Assembly (NCBI GenBank): GCA_037201505.1
Contig: JBBCHO010000005.1
Span: 65,048-129,047 of the forward strand
From: Bradyrhizobium sp.
GTDB lineage: Bacteria > Pseudomonadota > Alphaproteobacteria > Rhizobiales > Xanthobacteraceae
Length of the DNA stretch: 64,000 nucleotides
Reading direction: 5' to 3'
In this document: positions 52,621 through 62,404 of the stretch, piece by piece
Layout of the letters: every line of letters begins with the position of its first letter
How positions within the stretch are numbered: position 1 is the stretch's first letter
Notes under the pieces: generated by a model
Told to the model about the DNA's origin: nothing
The model's database searches: none
Seen by the model: the letters and a program-made list of their open reading frames with translations, nothing else
Program-made: the position numbers and the translations under genes

Positions 52621-54663
52621 ATGTCCGGTATCGTTCTCTCGGCTTCGGTTCGCCAGAACCTTCTCTCGTTGCAGTCGACCGCGTCGCTGCTCGCCACCAC
52701 CCAGAATGACCTCGCCACCGGCAATAAGGTCAACTCGGCGATCGACAATCCCACCGATTATTTCACGGCGCAGGGCCTCAACAACCGCGCCAGCGACATC
52801 AACAACCTGCTCGATGGGATCGGCAACGGCGTGCAGGTCCTGCAGGCCGCCAACACCGGCATCACCTCGCTGCAGAGCCTGGTCGCCTCCGCCCAGTCGA
52901 TCGCCAACCAGGTGCTGCAGAGCCCGGTCGGCTACTCGACCAAGTCGAACGTGACTTCCGCCGCCATCGCGGGCGCGACTGCCGACAACCTGCTGGGTAC
53001 CGGTCCGGCTGCGACTGACGCGACCTTCGCCTCCACCACGGCCGGCACCGCGGTCGTCGCGGGGGTTAGCGCAGCGGCCGGCACCGAAATCGGTTCCGGG
53101 TTGACGCTCGCCACGACAGGCGCAGCCGCCACCAGCGCCGCGACGCTCGGTACCTCGAGCGGCGATCTCGATCTTACCGGACTGGCCGGCGACACCTTCA
53201 CGGTCGGCACCAAGACCATTACCTTCAGTGCCACCGCGACGTCCACGACGACGGGTGCCACCACGGTCATCGGTCTGGCCTCCAGCACGTCGTCGACCTT
53301 GAACGACATCCTGACCGCACTCGCGGCGGGCTCCGGCGGCACCAGCGGTACGGCCTCGATCACAAGCGGTCAGATCACCCTGGCCACCACCACGGCAGCC
53401 GGTGACTTCACTTTCGGCGGCACCAACGCTACCGCCATTCTCTCGGCTCTCGGTCTCGGCGCTGGCAACGTCACCCACACGGCTGCCACGGCGGCGACCA
53501 CGGCCAATATCGCCACGACCACCGTGCTTTCGGGTACGGGGACCGGCGACCTTTCCACCGCGTTCGCCAACAACGATACGCTGACGGTTGACGGCAAGAC
53601 GCTGACCTTCAGCAGCACGGCCGCGACCAGCACCTCGGCCAACGGCGGTACCATCAGCACCACCGGCACGATCCAGGATATTCTGACCGCGATCGACGCG
53701 ATCACCGGTGGTGCCGCGGCCTCGATCACCGCTGGCAAGATCACGCTGCACACCGGCACCACGGCCGACCTGAGCATCACCAGTTCCAACGCCGGCGCAC
53801 TGGCTGCGCTCGGTCTCGGCACCGGTGTTACCCAGGCTCGGACACCGGCAACCGGTGGTCTCTCCGGCGAAACCCTGACCATTGCCAAAACCAACACCAG
53901 TTCGACGGCGACCGCCATCACCTTCGGCACCGGCGCCGGCCAGATCTCGACGCTCAACGGGCTCAATGCCGCGCTGGCTCCGAACGATCTGCAGGCCACG
54001 ATCGACGCCTCCACCGGCAAGATCAACATCGTGACCACCAACGATGCGGCTTCGTCGCAGATCCAGGCGATCACCGGTACGGCCACGGCGACCGGCTCGG
54101 CATTCGCCCTCGTGGCCGCCGGCGGTTCGGCTCCGGTTGCGGATCCGAACTCGCAGGCGACCCGCGCCAGCCTGGTCACGCAGTACAACAACGTGCTGCA
54201 GCAGATCAACACGACCGCTCAGGACTCGTCCTTCAACGGCGTCAACCTGCTGAGCGGCGATACCCTCAACCTGACGTTCGATGAAACCGGCGCTTCCAAG
54301 CTGGCGATCGCCGGCGTCACCTTCAACGATGCCGGCCTCGGTCTTTCCAGCCTGACCTCGGGCAGCGCGTTCCTGGACAACAACTCGGCCAACTCGGCTC
54401 TGACCGCGCTGACCGCCGCCTCGAGCACGCTGCGCACCGAAGCCACCTCACTGGGTTCGAACCTGTCGATCGTGCAGATCCGCCAGGACTTCAACAAGAA
54501 CCTGATCGACGTGCTGCAGACCGGTTCGTCGAACCTGACGCTGGCCGATACCAACGAGGAAGCGGCCAACAGCCAGGCGCTGTCGACCCGCCAGTCGATC
54601 GCGGTGTCCGCACTGTCGCTCGCCAACCAGTCACAGCAGAGCGTGCTTCAGCTGCTCCGCTGA
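52621..54663 (+). CDS. fliC: Large (subpolar-type) flagellin
   Basis: N-terminal VRQNLLSLQ..LATG.KVNSA.DNP; C-terminal DSSFNGVNLL, ADTNEEAAN..AL..RQ..LSLANQSQQSVLQLLR. Confidence 0.95.
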   Translation: MSGIVLSASVRQNLLSLQSTASLLATTQNDLATGNKVNSAIDNPTDYFTAQGLNNRASDINNLLDGIGNGVQVLQAANTGITSLQSLVASAQSIANQVLQSPVGYSTKSNVTSAAIAGATADNLLGTGPAATDATFASTTAGTAVVAGVSAAAGTEIGSGLTLATTGAAATSAATLGTSSGDLDLTGLAGDTFTVGTKTITFSATATSTTTGATTVIGLASSTSSTLNDILTALAAGSGGTSGTASITSGQITLATTTAAGDFTFGGTNATAILSALGLGAGNVTHTAATAATTANIATTTVLSGTGTGDLSTAFANNDTLTVDGKTLTFSSTAATSTSANGGTISTTGTIQDILTAIDAITGGAAASITAGKITLHTGTTADLSITSSNAGALAALGLGTGVTQARTPATGGLSGETLTIAKTNTSSTATAITFGTGAGQISTLNGLNAALAPNDLQATIDASTGKINIVTTNDAASSQIQAITGTATATGSAFALVAAGGSAPVADPNSQATRASLVTQYNNVLQQINTTAQDSSFNGVNLLSGDTLNLTFDETGASKLAIAGVTFNDAGLGLSSLTSGSAFLDNNSANSALTALTAASSTLRTEATSLGSNLSIVQIRQDFNKNLIDVLQTGSSNLTLADTNEEAANSQALSTRQSIAVSALSLANQSQQSVLQLLR

Positions 54664-54687
54664 TCGCGAAAGCAAACCAGAAGACGG

Positions 54688-54715
54688 AAACGGCGGGGGA
54701 AACCCCGCCGTTTTT
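54688..54715 (+). terminator. Intrinsic terminator
   Basis: aaacggcgggg-gaaa-ccccgccgttt followed by T's. Confidence 0.88.
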
Positions 54716-54841
54716 GCATTTGGCGCCTCGAAAAACCCGAGATCGGACCCAACGGTTCGTGCTAAACGCGGCAGTTGGCGGACGGACCATCCGGCCAGCC
54801 ATTTGGCCATTGCAGGAACTCGGCGGGAATTTGAGCGGAAC

Positions 54842-55621
54842 ATGCGCGGAACGGTTCGAAAAATCTCACTGCCGCGTCGTTTCCTCGCCGACCTCATGCA
54901 CGCCTCGATCAGCGTGCCGTTCGTCTCGCTGCGGAGAACCCTTAATATCCGCCCATTGATCGAAGCCCGGGGGATGATGACACACCCGCCTGGCTTCGCG
55001 GCGATCTTCGTCAAGGCGTTCTGCTTGGTCGCGAAAGAACAGCCCGTGTTGCGTACGCTGTACGCCAAATGGCCGTGGCCGCATTTTTATGAATTGCCGC
55101 GCAGCGTCGCCGCAGTCGCGATCGCGCGCGTTGAGGACGGCGAGGATTGCGTGCTGCCGCAGAAAGTTACGGCGGCGGAGGAGTTGCCGCTGGCCGAGGT
55201 TGACGCGCTGATCCGGCATGCAAAGGACGCCCCGGTCGATGAGGTGCCGGCGTTCCGAAAGATATTGCAGGCGACGCGGCAGCCGCTGCCGCTGCGCCGC
55301 CTGATCTGGCTGGTCGGCATCAATTTCGGACGTCAGCACGCCAACTATTTCGGCAACGTCGCGGTGACGTCGGTTGCCGCCTATGGAGCCGGCGAGCTTC
55401 ACGCGCTCAGTCCAGGTCCCTATATCCTCAGTTATGGCGTGGTGGGGCCGGACCAGAGCATCGATGTCGTGATCCGCTGGGATCACCGGGTCACCGACGC
55501 GGCCTTGATCGCCAAGGCCCTGACCCGGCTGGAACAGGTGCTGAACACCGAGATAACAGCCGAATTGCGCGCCCAAACGCTCCAGAGCGAGCCACAACCG
55601 GTCCGGGCGGCCGCGACCTGA
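54842..55621 (+). CDS. Stand-alone 2-oxoacid dehydrogenase E2/CAT-fold acyltransferase-like protein
   Basis: IFVKAFCLVAKE.P.LR and C-terminal WDHRVTDAA (cf. DHRxxDG); no lipoyl domain. Confidence 0.7.
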   Translation: MRGTVRKISLPRRFLADLMHASISVPFVSLRRTLNIRPLIEARGMMTHPPGFAAIFVKAFCLVAKEQPVLRTLYAKWPWPHFYELPRSVAAVAIARVEDGEDCVLPQKVTAAEELPLAEVDALIRHAKDAPVDEVPAFRKILQATRQPLPLRRLIWLVGINFGRQHANYFGNVAVTSVAAYGAGELHALSPGPYILSYGVVGPDQSIDVVIRWDHRVTDAALIAKALTRLEQVLNTEITAELRAQTLQSEPQPVRAAAT

Positions 55622-55674
55622 CGGCTTTCGCCCGGAATGACCGGTTTTTGAGCCAAAAACCACGGTCTAATCGT

Positions 55675-55703
55675 TTGACAGAACGGCGGTTTCTCCCTAG
55701 AAA
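55675..55703 (+). promoter_or_regulatory. Sigma70 promoter of rpsD
   Basis: TTGACA-N17-TAGAAA. Confidence 0.65.
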
Positions 55704-55856
55704 CCGCCTGCTCGCGGGCCGTTTTCGGCCCGCGATGCGTTTCGCGACCCGTGGTCTGTTCCCTGGCTTTAGGGATTGGACCTGTCGGCACCGGGAAATT
55801 CCCGGTGCACAGGAGGGCGCGTCTCCTCAAAACTCAAACTTTACAAAGAGGACGCG

Positions 55857-56474
55857 ATGACTAAGCGCAGTGAGGCGAAATACAAGATCGATCGCCGTAT
55901 GGGCCAGAATATCTGGGGCCGCCCGAAGAGCCCTGTGAACAAGCGAGAATACGGCCCCGGCCAGCATGGCCAGCGCCGCAAAGGCAAGCTGTCCGACTTC
56001 GGCGTCCAGTTGCGCGCCAAGCAGAAGCTGAAGGGCTATTACGCCAACATCAGCGAACGCCAGTTTCACGGCATTTATGTCGAAGCCGGCCGGATGAAGG
56101 GCGATACCGGTGAAAACCTGATCGGCCTGCTCGAGCGCCGTCTCGACACCGTGATCTATCGCGCCAAGTTCGTGGCCACCATGTTCGCTGCGCGCCAGTT
56201 CATCAATCACGGCCACGTCAAGGTGAACGGCCGCCGCGTCAATATCTCCAGCTTCAAGATGAAGGTCGGCGACGTCGTCGAGGTCAAGGAATCCTCCAAG
56301 CAGCTCGCCGTCGTGCTGGAATCCAGCCAGCTCACCGAGCGCGACGTGCCTGACTTCCTCGAGGTCGATCACTCCAAGATGACCGCGAAGTTCAACCGCA
56401 TCCCGCATCTGTCCGACGTGCCGTTCGCCGTGCAGATGGAGCCGCATCTGATCGTCGAATTCTATTCGCGCTGA
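55857..56474 (+). CDS. rpsD: 30S ribosomal protein S4
   Basis: [40 protein letters not shown]. Confidence 0.98.
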   Translation: MTKRSEAKYKIDRRMGQNIWGRPKSPVNKREYGPGQHGQRRKGKLSDFGVQLRAKQKLKGYYANISERQFHGIYVEAGRMKGDTGENLIGLLERRLDTVIYRAKFVATMFAARQFINHGHVKVNGRRVNISSFKMKVGDVVEVKESSKQLAVVLESSQLTERDVPDFLEVDHSKMTAKFNRIPHLSDVPFAVQMEPHLIVEFYSR

Positions 56475-56502
56475 TCGGTACCGTCGGCATATCCCGAGAT
56501 CG

Positions 56503-56533
56503 AAGGCCCCGGTTTTGCCGGGGCCTTTTCTTT
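56503..56533 (+). terminator. Intrinsic terminator
   Basis: aaggccccgg-ttttg-ccggggcctt followed by a T-rich tail. Confidence 0.85.
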
Positions 56534-56623
56534 CGTCATGCCCGGGCTTGTCCCGGGCATCCACGTCTTTATGGTCGGCGCAGAATAAGACGTGGATGGC
56601 CGGGACGAAGCCCGGCCGTGACG
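56534..56623. repeat. GTCATGCCCGG-type REP-like palindromic element
   Basis: cgtcatgcccgggcttgtcccgggcatccacgtctt...aagacgtggatggccgggacgaagcccggccgtgacg. Confidence 0.85.
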
Positions 56624-56641
56624 TAGTCGAAAGAGCCTGTC

Positions 56642-57709
56642 ATGACTTACACCCCTGCCCCACGCGATCCCAAGGCCACTCCGGTTCGCATCAATCTGTT
56701 GTCGGATACCCAGACCCGCCCGACACCGGGCATGCGCGAGGCGATGGCGCGCGCGGAAGTCGGCGACGAGCAGATCGGCGACGATCCTTCGGTCAATATC
56801 CTCTGCGAACGCGTGGCGGCTTTGCTGGGCAAGGAAGCCGCGGTGTTCCTGCCGTCCGGCACCATGTGCAACGTCACCGCGACGCTGGTGCATTGCCGGC
56901 CCGGCGACGAAATCCTGGCGCATGGATCGGCGCATATCATCGCGCGCGAAGGTGGCGCCCACGCCGCGCTCGGCGGTTTCCAGATCACCTCATTGCCGGG
57001 CGCCGACGGCAAATTCACGCCCGATACGTTTCGCTCGGCCCTTCACCCGCGCACCCGCTATCAGCCGCCGCAGACGGTGATCAGCGTGGAGCAGACCGCC
57101 AATATCGGCGGCGGCACCATCTGGCACAAAGCCGATCTCGACGCGATCGTACAGATCGCAAAATCGCATGGACTCGCCACCCATATGGACGGCGCGCGAC
57201 TGTTGAACGCCTGCGTCGCGACCGGCATCAGCGCGAGTGATATGGCGTCGGGATGGGATTCCGCCTGGATCGATTTCTCGAAAGGGCTCGGCGCGCCCGT
57301 CGGCGCCGTCATCGCTGGCTCGCGCGATTTCATCGACGAGGTCTGGCGCTGGAAGCAACGCCTTGGCGGCTCGATGCGCCAGGCCGGCATTTGCGCCGCC
57401 GCCTGCACCTACGCGCTTGATCATCATGTCGAGCGACTCGCGGACGACCACAGCAATGCCCGGGCGCTGGCGCGCGGACTGGCGCAGATCGCCGGCGTCG
57501 AAGTGCAGCAGCCCGAAACCAACCTGGTATTCTTCAAGCCCGATGGCGCAGGGATCAGCGGAGACGACATGGTCGCGCGCTTGCGTCCGCACGGCGTGCT
57601 GCTCGCGATGATGGACGGGCGTATCAGGGCCTGCACTCATCTCGACGTCACTGCCGAGATGATCGAGGAGACGGTCGGGTTGATACGCGAGATTGCGCGC
57701 GGGGCGTAA
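56642..57709 (+). CDS. ltaE: Low-specificity L-threonine aldolase
   Basis: SDTQTRPT..M, PSGTMCN, HMDGARL.NA, FSKGLGAPVG, GGSMRQAG. Confidence 0.92.
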   Translation: MTYTPAPRDPKATPVRINLLSDTQTRPTPGMREAMARAEVGDEQIGDDPSVNILCERVAALLGKEAAVFLPSGTMCNVTATLVHCRPGDEILAHGSAHIIAREGGAHAALGGFQITSLPGADGKFTPDTFRSALHPRTRYQPPQTVISVEQTANIGGGTIWHKADLDAIVQIAKSHGLATHMDGARLLNACVATGISASDMASGWDSAWIDFSKGLGAPVGAVIAGSRDFIDEVWRWKQRLGGSMRQAGICAAACTYALDHHVERLADDHSNARALARGLAQIAGVEVQQPETNLVFFKPDGAGISGDDMVARLRPHGVLLAMMDGRIRACTHLDVTAEMIEETVGLIREIARGA

Positions 57710-57723
57710 GACGCCACTTGCCC

Positions 57724-58591
57724 TCAGCGATCCCTGGCATCCGTCGCTAGCCGTAACCCTGCCAGCAGCGACGTGAATCCCATCGTGAACAGCAACACGA
57801 TGACCGTGCTCTCGCGCAGATCCTGAATGCGCCAGATGTGGTTGGCGGCGTCGGCGACTTCGCCACTCTGGCCGATGATCCATGGCGTCACATGGGTCAG
57901 ACCGGAAGCAAGATAGAGCAGGATCGCCACCAGCCGGAGCTTGCGTCCGCGTTCTGCTGCCGCTTCTGACGCAACGCGCCGGCGACCGAGATAGATCGTA
58001 AAAGCCTGATAGAACAGCCACGAGGTCAATAACCAGCCGAGGTAGTTCGACAAGGGAACACCGAAATGCGCGCCGCCATCATGCCATATCCAGGCTTTTG
58101 AAATGGTCGCCTCGGGCGGGTCCATCACCACATCCCACTGCGTCATCACGAATGCCGCGACGACGGGCAACGCGAAGCGAGGCAATGCTCCCGTTCAACC
58201 GCCGGTCCGCGCCTCCCAGCAACGTTGCCGCCACGATCCATGAAATATATCCCATGCCGAACCACAGCGGACCGACAATGACCGGAATGGCTCCGACATG
58301 AATCAGGTCGGATCCGACCTCAAAATGATAATGGCCGAACGGAAACCCGGTCGCGGCGCCGATATTCTCCACCGCGAATGTGATGGCGAGACAGATTGCC
58401 AATAAAACCAACGCATCCTTCCAGCCATAGAACAAGGCCGCATGCGTGCAGGCGATCACAATTCCAAGGGCCGCCAGAACTTGCGCCGGGGGTGTCGGAT
58501 TCCAGGCGAAACCGACGACCAGCGCGAGATAGATCGCCAGCGCGATCCAGCCGGCCGCTTCAAGCGGCGAAAAAGAACGATCGCCGCTCAT
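57724..58591 (-). CDS. CruF-like (DUF422, 'carotenoid biosynthesis') membrane protein (frameshifted)
   Basis: E..G..TGFPFG.Y, WDVVMDP, W.W..GG..FGVPLSNYLGW. Confidence 0.85.
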
Positions 58592-59891
58592 TTGTTAAGC
58601 GCCTGATAGATCAGCGTCTTCAACTCGATCTCGATCCGCCCAAGTTGCGACGGCGCCTGCACCATGAAAATCGCGAACATGTCGTCCTTCGGATCGATAA
58701 AGAAGAAAGTGCCGCCGACGCCATTCCAGCGATATTCGCCCGCCGGCAACAACGCGTTCGGCAATTGCGCGGTTCGTACCGCAAAGCCGAGGCCAAAACC
58801 GCTGCCGCCACCCGGAAAGTAGAAATAGTCGCGGGCGATTTTCGTCTCCGGTCCGATATGGTCCGACGTCATCAAGGCGACGGTCTCCGGCTTGAGATAA
58901 TTCCGGCCATCGAGCCTACCGCCGTTCAGCAGCATCTGCGCGAAGCGCGCATAGTCGCTTGTCGTGCCGACCATACCCGCCCCGCCGGATTCCAGCGCCG
59001 CGGGATGGCCGGGTCGCTGATCAACCCCGCTACCTGGCGCGCAAACCGCTCGGTTGGGAGCGGCTCGGCAATCAATGGCCGCTTTGCGGCATCGGCCACA
59101 TAGAAGGCCGTCTCGGTCATGCCGAGCGGATCGAGCAGCCGCTGCTTTTCGAATGCGAATAGCGACTGCCCTGAGACCACCTCGATGACCCGGCCGAGAA
59201 CATCGGTCGAATGACCGTAATCCCACAGCGTTCCCGGCTGCTCGGCAAGCGGCAATTTCGCGAGGCGTTCGACGAATAAGGCATTGTCGAGATCGCCTTC
59301 GAACAACTCCGAATTCGCGTAACGCCTTCGCGCCGCGCTATCGCCGTAGAAGCCGTAAGTGAGGCCCGAGGTGTGGCGCAGCAGATCCTCGATTGTAATC
59401 GGGCGATTGAGCGGCTCCAGCGCTAGCGCGGGTTTGCCGTTGGCATCGACCTTGTCGACGCCGACCTTTACATCCGCAAATACGGGGATGTATTTCGAGA
59501 CGGGATCGCCGAGCGCAAGCTTGCCGTCGTCGACCAGCATCATGGCCGCCACCGACGTGACCGGCTTCGACATCGAATAGAGGCGAAAGATCGTGTCCGC
59601 GGTCATCGGAATCTTGTTGTCGACATCGCGAAAGCCGAAATTCTCGAAATAGACGGGATGGCCGTGTTGCTGGATCAGCAGGATCGCGCCGGGGATTTTT
59701 CCGATGGCGATCTCATTGCGGATGTAATCGCCGACCCGGGCCAAGCCTTCGCGCGAGAAGCTGGCCTGCGCCGGCAGCGGCGATTCCGCGCGGCCGGCAT
59801 TTAGTCCTCCTGCCGCGATCGCTGCCAACAGAAGCGCGAATCCCGCAGCGACGTAGCGGCGTGCGGCGCCGTCAATTCTCCATCGCTTCAT
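58588..59891 (-). CDS. Serine hydrolase, beta-lactamase class C/EstB family (frameshifted)
   Basis: FRLYSMSK (SxxK), LLRHTSG, PG..WDYG.STD, DYARFAQMLL, W.G.GGT.F. Confidence 0.92.
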
Positions 59892-61158
59892 AGATCAGCT
59901 TCTTCACGCCGGCCTGGATGCGCCCGCGCTCCGTGGGCGTCTGCTCCATCAACACGAAAAACATATCCAGTTTGCGATCGATCACGAAATAGCACCCGCT
60001 GGCGCCATCCCATTTCAATTCGCCGAGCGAGCCCGGCGGCGGCGGCTTGGCCACGCCAGGATCGGTGCGTATGCCGAAACCGAGCCCATAACCGAAGCCA
60101 TCACCGGGAAAATAAAAAAATTCGTGGCCGACGCCGGTGCCCGGCCCAACGAAATCCGTGGTCATCAACTCGAATGCCTTCGGGCTGAGATATTGCTTGC
60201 CGTCGAGGCTGCCGCCATCGAGCAGCATCTGCGAGAAACGCGCATAATCCGCTGGGGTCGAGACCATGCCGCCACCGCCGGACTCCCATTTCTTTGGAAT
60301 TTTGGGGTTGTTGTCGAAGCCAACATTGAACCCGCTGTCGTCAGGCATCGCCTGCGCGATCAGTTTGAACTTTGCAGGATCCGCCACGAAAAACCCAGTG
60401 TCGGTCATGCCGAGCGGAACGAACAGATTATCCTGCTCGAAGTGCAACAGCGATTTCCCTGACACGACCTCGATAATGCGGCCGAGAATATCGGTCGAAT
60501 GGCCGTAGTCCCATGCCGTACCGGGCTGGATCGCCAGCGGCAGCCGGGCGATGCGCTCGGCAAATTCGGCATTGTCGAAATCGCCGTTGTAGATTTTTGC
60601 GTCGCGATACAGATGCCGAACCATGCTGTCGCCGTAAAATCCATAGGTGATGCCGGAGGTCTGCGTCATCAGGTCGTGAATCGTGATCGGCCGGGTCGGC
60701 GGCACCAGCTCGAGCAGCTTCCCGCCGTCAGCTAATTTCTTTTCGACGCCAACCTTGACGGCGGCAAATGACGGAATGTATTTGCCAACGGGATCTTCGA
60801 GCTTCAGCTTGCCCGCATCGATCAGCATCATCGCCGCGACCGACGTGATCGGCTTGCTCATCGAATACAGACGGAAGATGGTGTCATCGGTCATCGGCAG
60901 CCCGGTCGCGACATCGCGCACGCCGATGAGTTCATGATACACCGGCTTGCCGTGCTGCTGGATCAGCAGGACCGCGCCGGGGATCTTGCCGTTTGCAACT
61001 TCACTGCGAAGAAAATCGCCGACGCGCTGCAGCTTTTGCCGATTGAAATGCGCTCCGGCGGGAAGATCGAAGCCGCCCTCAGCGAAAGCCGGCGATGCCG
61101 CCCCGATCGTCAGCAGCGCGCCTGAGATCAACGACCGCATGGCGTGTCGTGAGGTCAT
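59872..61158 (-). CDS. Serine hydrolase, beta-lactamase class C/EstB family
   Basis: FRLYSMSKPIT, WDYGHSTD, ESGGGG, W.GASG; paralog of the downstream gene. Confidence 0.93.
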   Translation of the reverse strand: MTSRHAMRSLISGALLTIGAASPAFAEGGFDLPAGAHFNRQKLQRVGDFLRSEVANGKIPGAVLLIQQHGKPVYHELIGVRDVATGLPMTDDTIFRLYSMSKPITSVAAMMLIDAGKLKLEDPVGKYIPSFAAVKVGVEKKLADGGKLLELVPPTRPITIHDLMTQTSGITYGFYGDSMVRHLYRDAKIYNGDFDNAEFAERIARLPLAIQPGTAWDYGHSTDILGRIIEVVSGKSLLHFEQDNLFVPLGMTDTGFFVADPAKFKLIAQAMPDDSGFNVGFDNNPKIPKKWESGGGGMVSTPADYARFSQMLLDGGSLDGKQYLSPKAFELMTTDFVGPGTGVGHEFFYFPGDGFGYGLGFGIRTDPGVAKPPPPGSLGELKWDGASGCYFVIDRKLDMFFVLMEQTPTERGRIQAGVKKLIYEAMEN

Positions 61159-61211
61159 ACCCGTTCCCTGCCCGCTTCCGTAATTCTTGAGTGGAGAGTT
61201 TAGCGGCCGGC

Positions 61212-61736
61212 TCAATCCGCACAAGGGTCGCCGAACGCAGCCAGCGACTGCGCGTGCAGCCGCCCACTTTCGTCCGAAAAGCAGCAGAAGATGACCAGCG
61301 AGAGCGATGGCGCGGTGATCAACGCCTCGACCGTGTTCGCCACCGCAATCCGCGCCGCGCGATCGGCAGGGAAACGATAGACGCCGGTGGAAATGGCAGG
61401 AAAGGCAATCGAAGCGAGGTTGTGGGTTTGGCAAAGCTCACAGGCGCGCCGATAGCACGACGCCAGCGCTTCGTCTTCGCGCTGGCTTCCGCCGTGCCAG
61501 ACCGGCCCCACGGCATGGATCACATGCCGTGCCGGCAGCCGATAAGCCCGGGTGATTTTGGCATCGCCAGTGGCGCAGCCGTTGAGCGTGCGGCATTCGG
61601 CCAGCAGCTCCGGCCCGGCCGCACGATGGATCGCACCGTCTACGCCGCCACCACCGAGCAACGAAGAATTCGCTGCGTTGACGATCGCGTCAACGCCAAG
61701 TGCCGTAATGTCGGCGACGGTGACTTCGAGCCGCAC
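61212..61736 (-). CDS. Macro-domain O-acetyl-ADP-ribose deacetylase (YmdB-like)
   Basis: DIT, AIVNAAN..LLGGGGVDGAIHRAAG, HAVGP, FPAISTGVY.FP; start uncertain. Confidence 0.94.
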   Translation of the reverse strand: MRLEVTVADITALGVDAIVNAANSSLLGGGGVDGAIHRAAGPELLAECRTLNGCATGDAKITRAYRLPARHVIHAVGPVWHGGSQREDEALASCYRRACELCQTHNLASIAFPAISTGVYRFPADRAARIAVANTVEALITAPSLSLVIFCCFSDESGRLHAQSLAAFGDPCAD

Positions 61737-61762
61737 CGGGCCGATCTGGCGCGCGATCAGGC

Positions 61763-62101
61763 TCAGGCGGTCGCGGGCGCGCTGAGGGTGACGCCCTTGT
61801 CAGCGAAAAGCTGCTGGAGTTCGCCGGCCTGGAACATCTCGCGGATGATATCGCAGCCGCCGACGAATTCACCCTTCACATAGAGCTGGGGAATGGTCGG
61901 CCAGTTCGAATAGGTCTTGATGCCGTTACGCAGGTCAGCGGACTCCAGAACATTGAGGCCCTTGTAGCCGACCCCGACGTGATCGAGAATCTGGACTACC
62001 TGTCCGGAAAAACCGCACTGCGGAAACTGCGGCGTCCCCTTCATGAACAGCACGACGTCGTTCGATTTCACTTCATTGTCGATGAATTGCTCGATGCTCA
62101 T
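61763..62101 (-). CDS. grxD: Monothiol glutaredoxin Grx4
   Basis: [20 protein letters not shown]. Confidence 0.97.
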   Translation of the reverse strand: MSIEQFIDNEVKSNDVVLFMKGTPQFPQCGFSGQVVQILDHVGVGYKGLNVLESADLRNGIKTYSNWPTIPQLYVKGEFVGGCDIIREMFQAGELQQLFADKGVTLSAPATA

Positions 62102-62356
62102 ATTCGCTTCCTTTTGGGCACTGCCCCTGCGGCACAACCTCTCGGGCCGGCATCAACCGTTGAACCCGACGCTTACGATATATGTACTCCAAACCATTGT
62201 GCACCCAAAGTAAAATGGCGGGAAGCTGGCATGCACAGGTCTGGCGGGGGTCGCGCCCGGCCGGTCCCATGGGCATACTCGCGTATACCCTAAACATACC
62301 TCCGGAGAGGCTTTTATCCCGGACGGCAGCCCCTATCTAGGACAGGCTGTTCTTGG

Positions 62357-62381
62357 GGAACCGGTCCGCCGGACTAACGTT
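62357..62381 (+). promoter_or_regulatory. Sigma-EcfG promoter upstream of egtB
   Basis: GGAAC-N16-CGTT, an exact match to the consensus. Confidence 0.7.
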
Positions 62382-62404
62382 CTCTTCGCGAACCGGAGAT
62401 ACCT

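Noticed and set aside
52492-54626. Long minus-strand ORFs over flagellin
   Set aside because: Antisense shadows caused by biased codon usage.
58588-61158. Antibiotic-resistance beta-lactamases
   Set aside because: The motifs fit the broad EstB-like serine hydrolase family; nothing specific to beta-lactam hydrolysis is visible.
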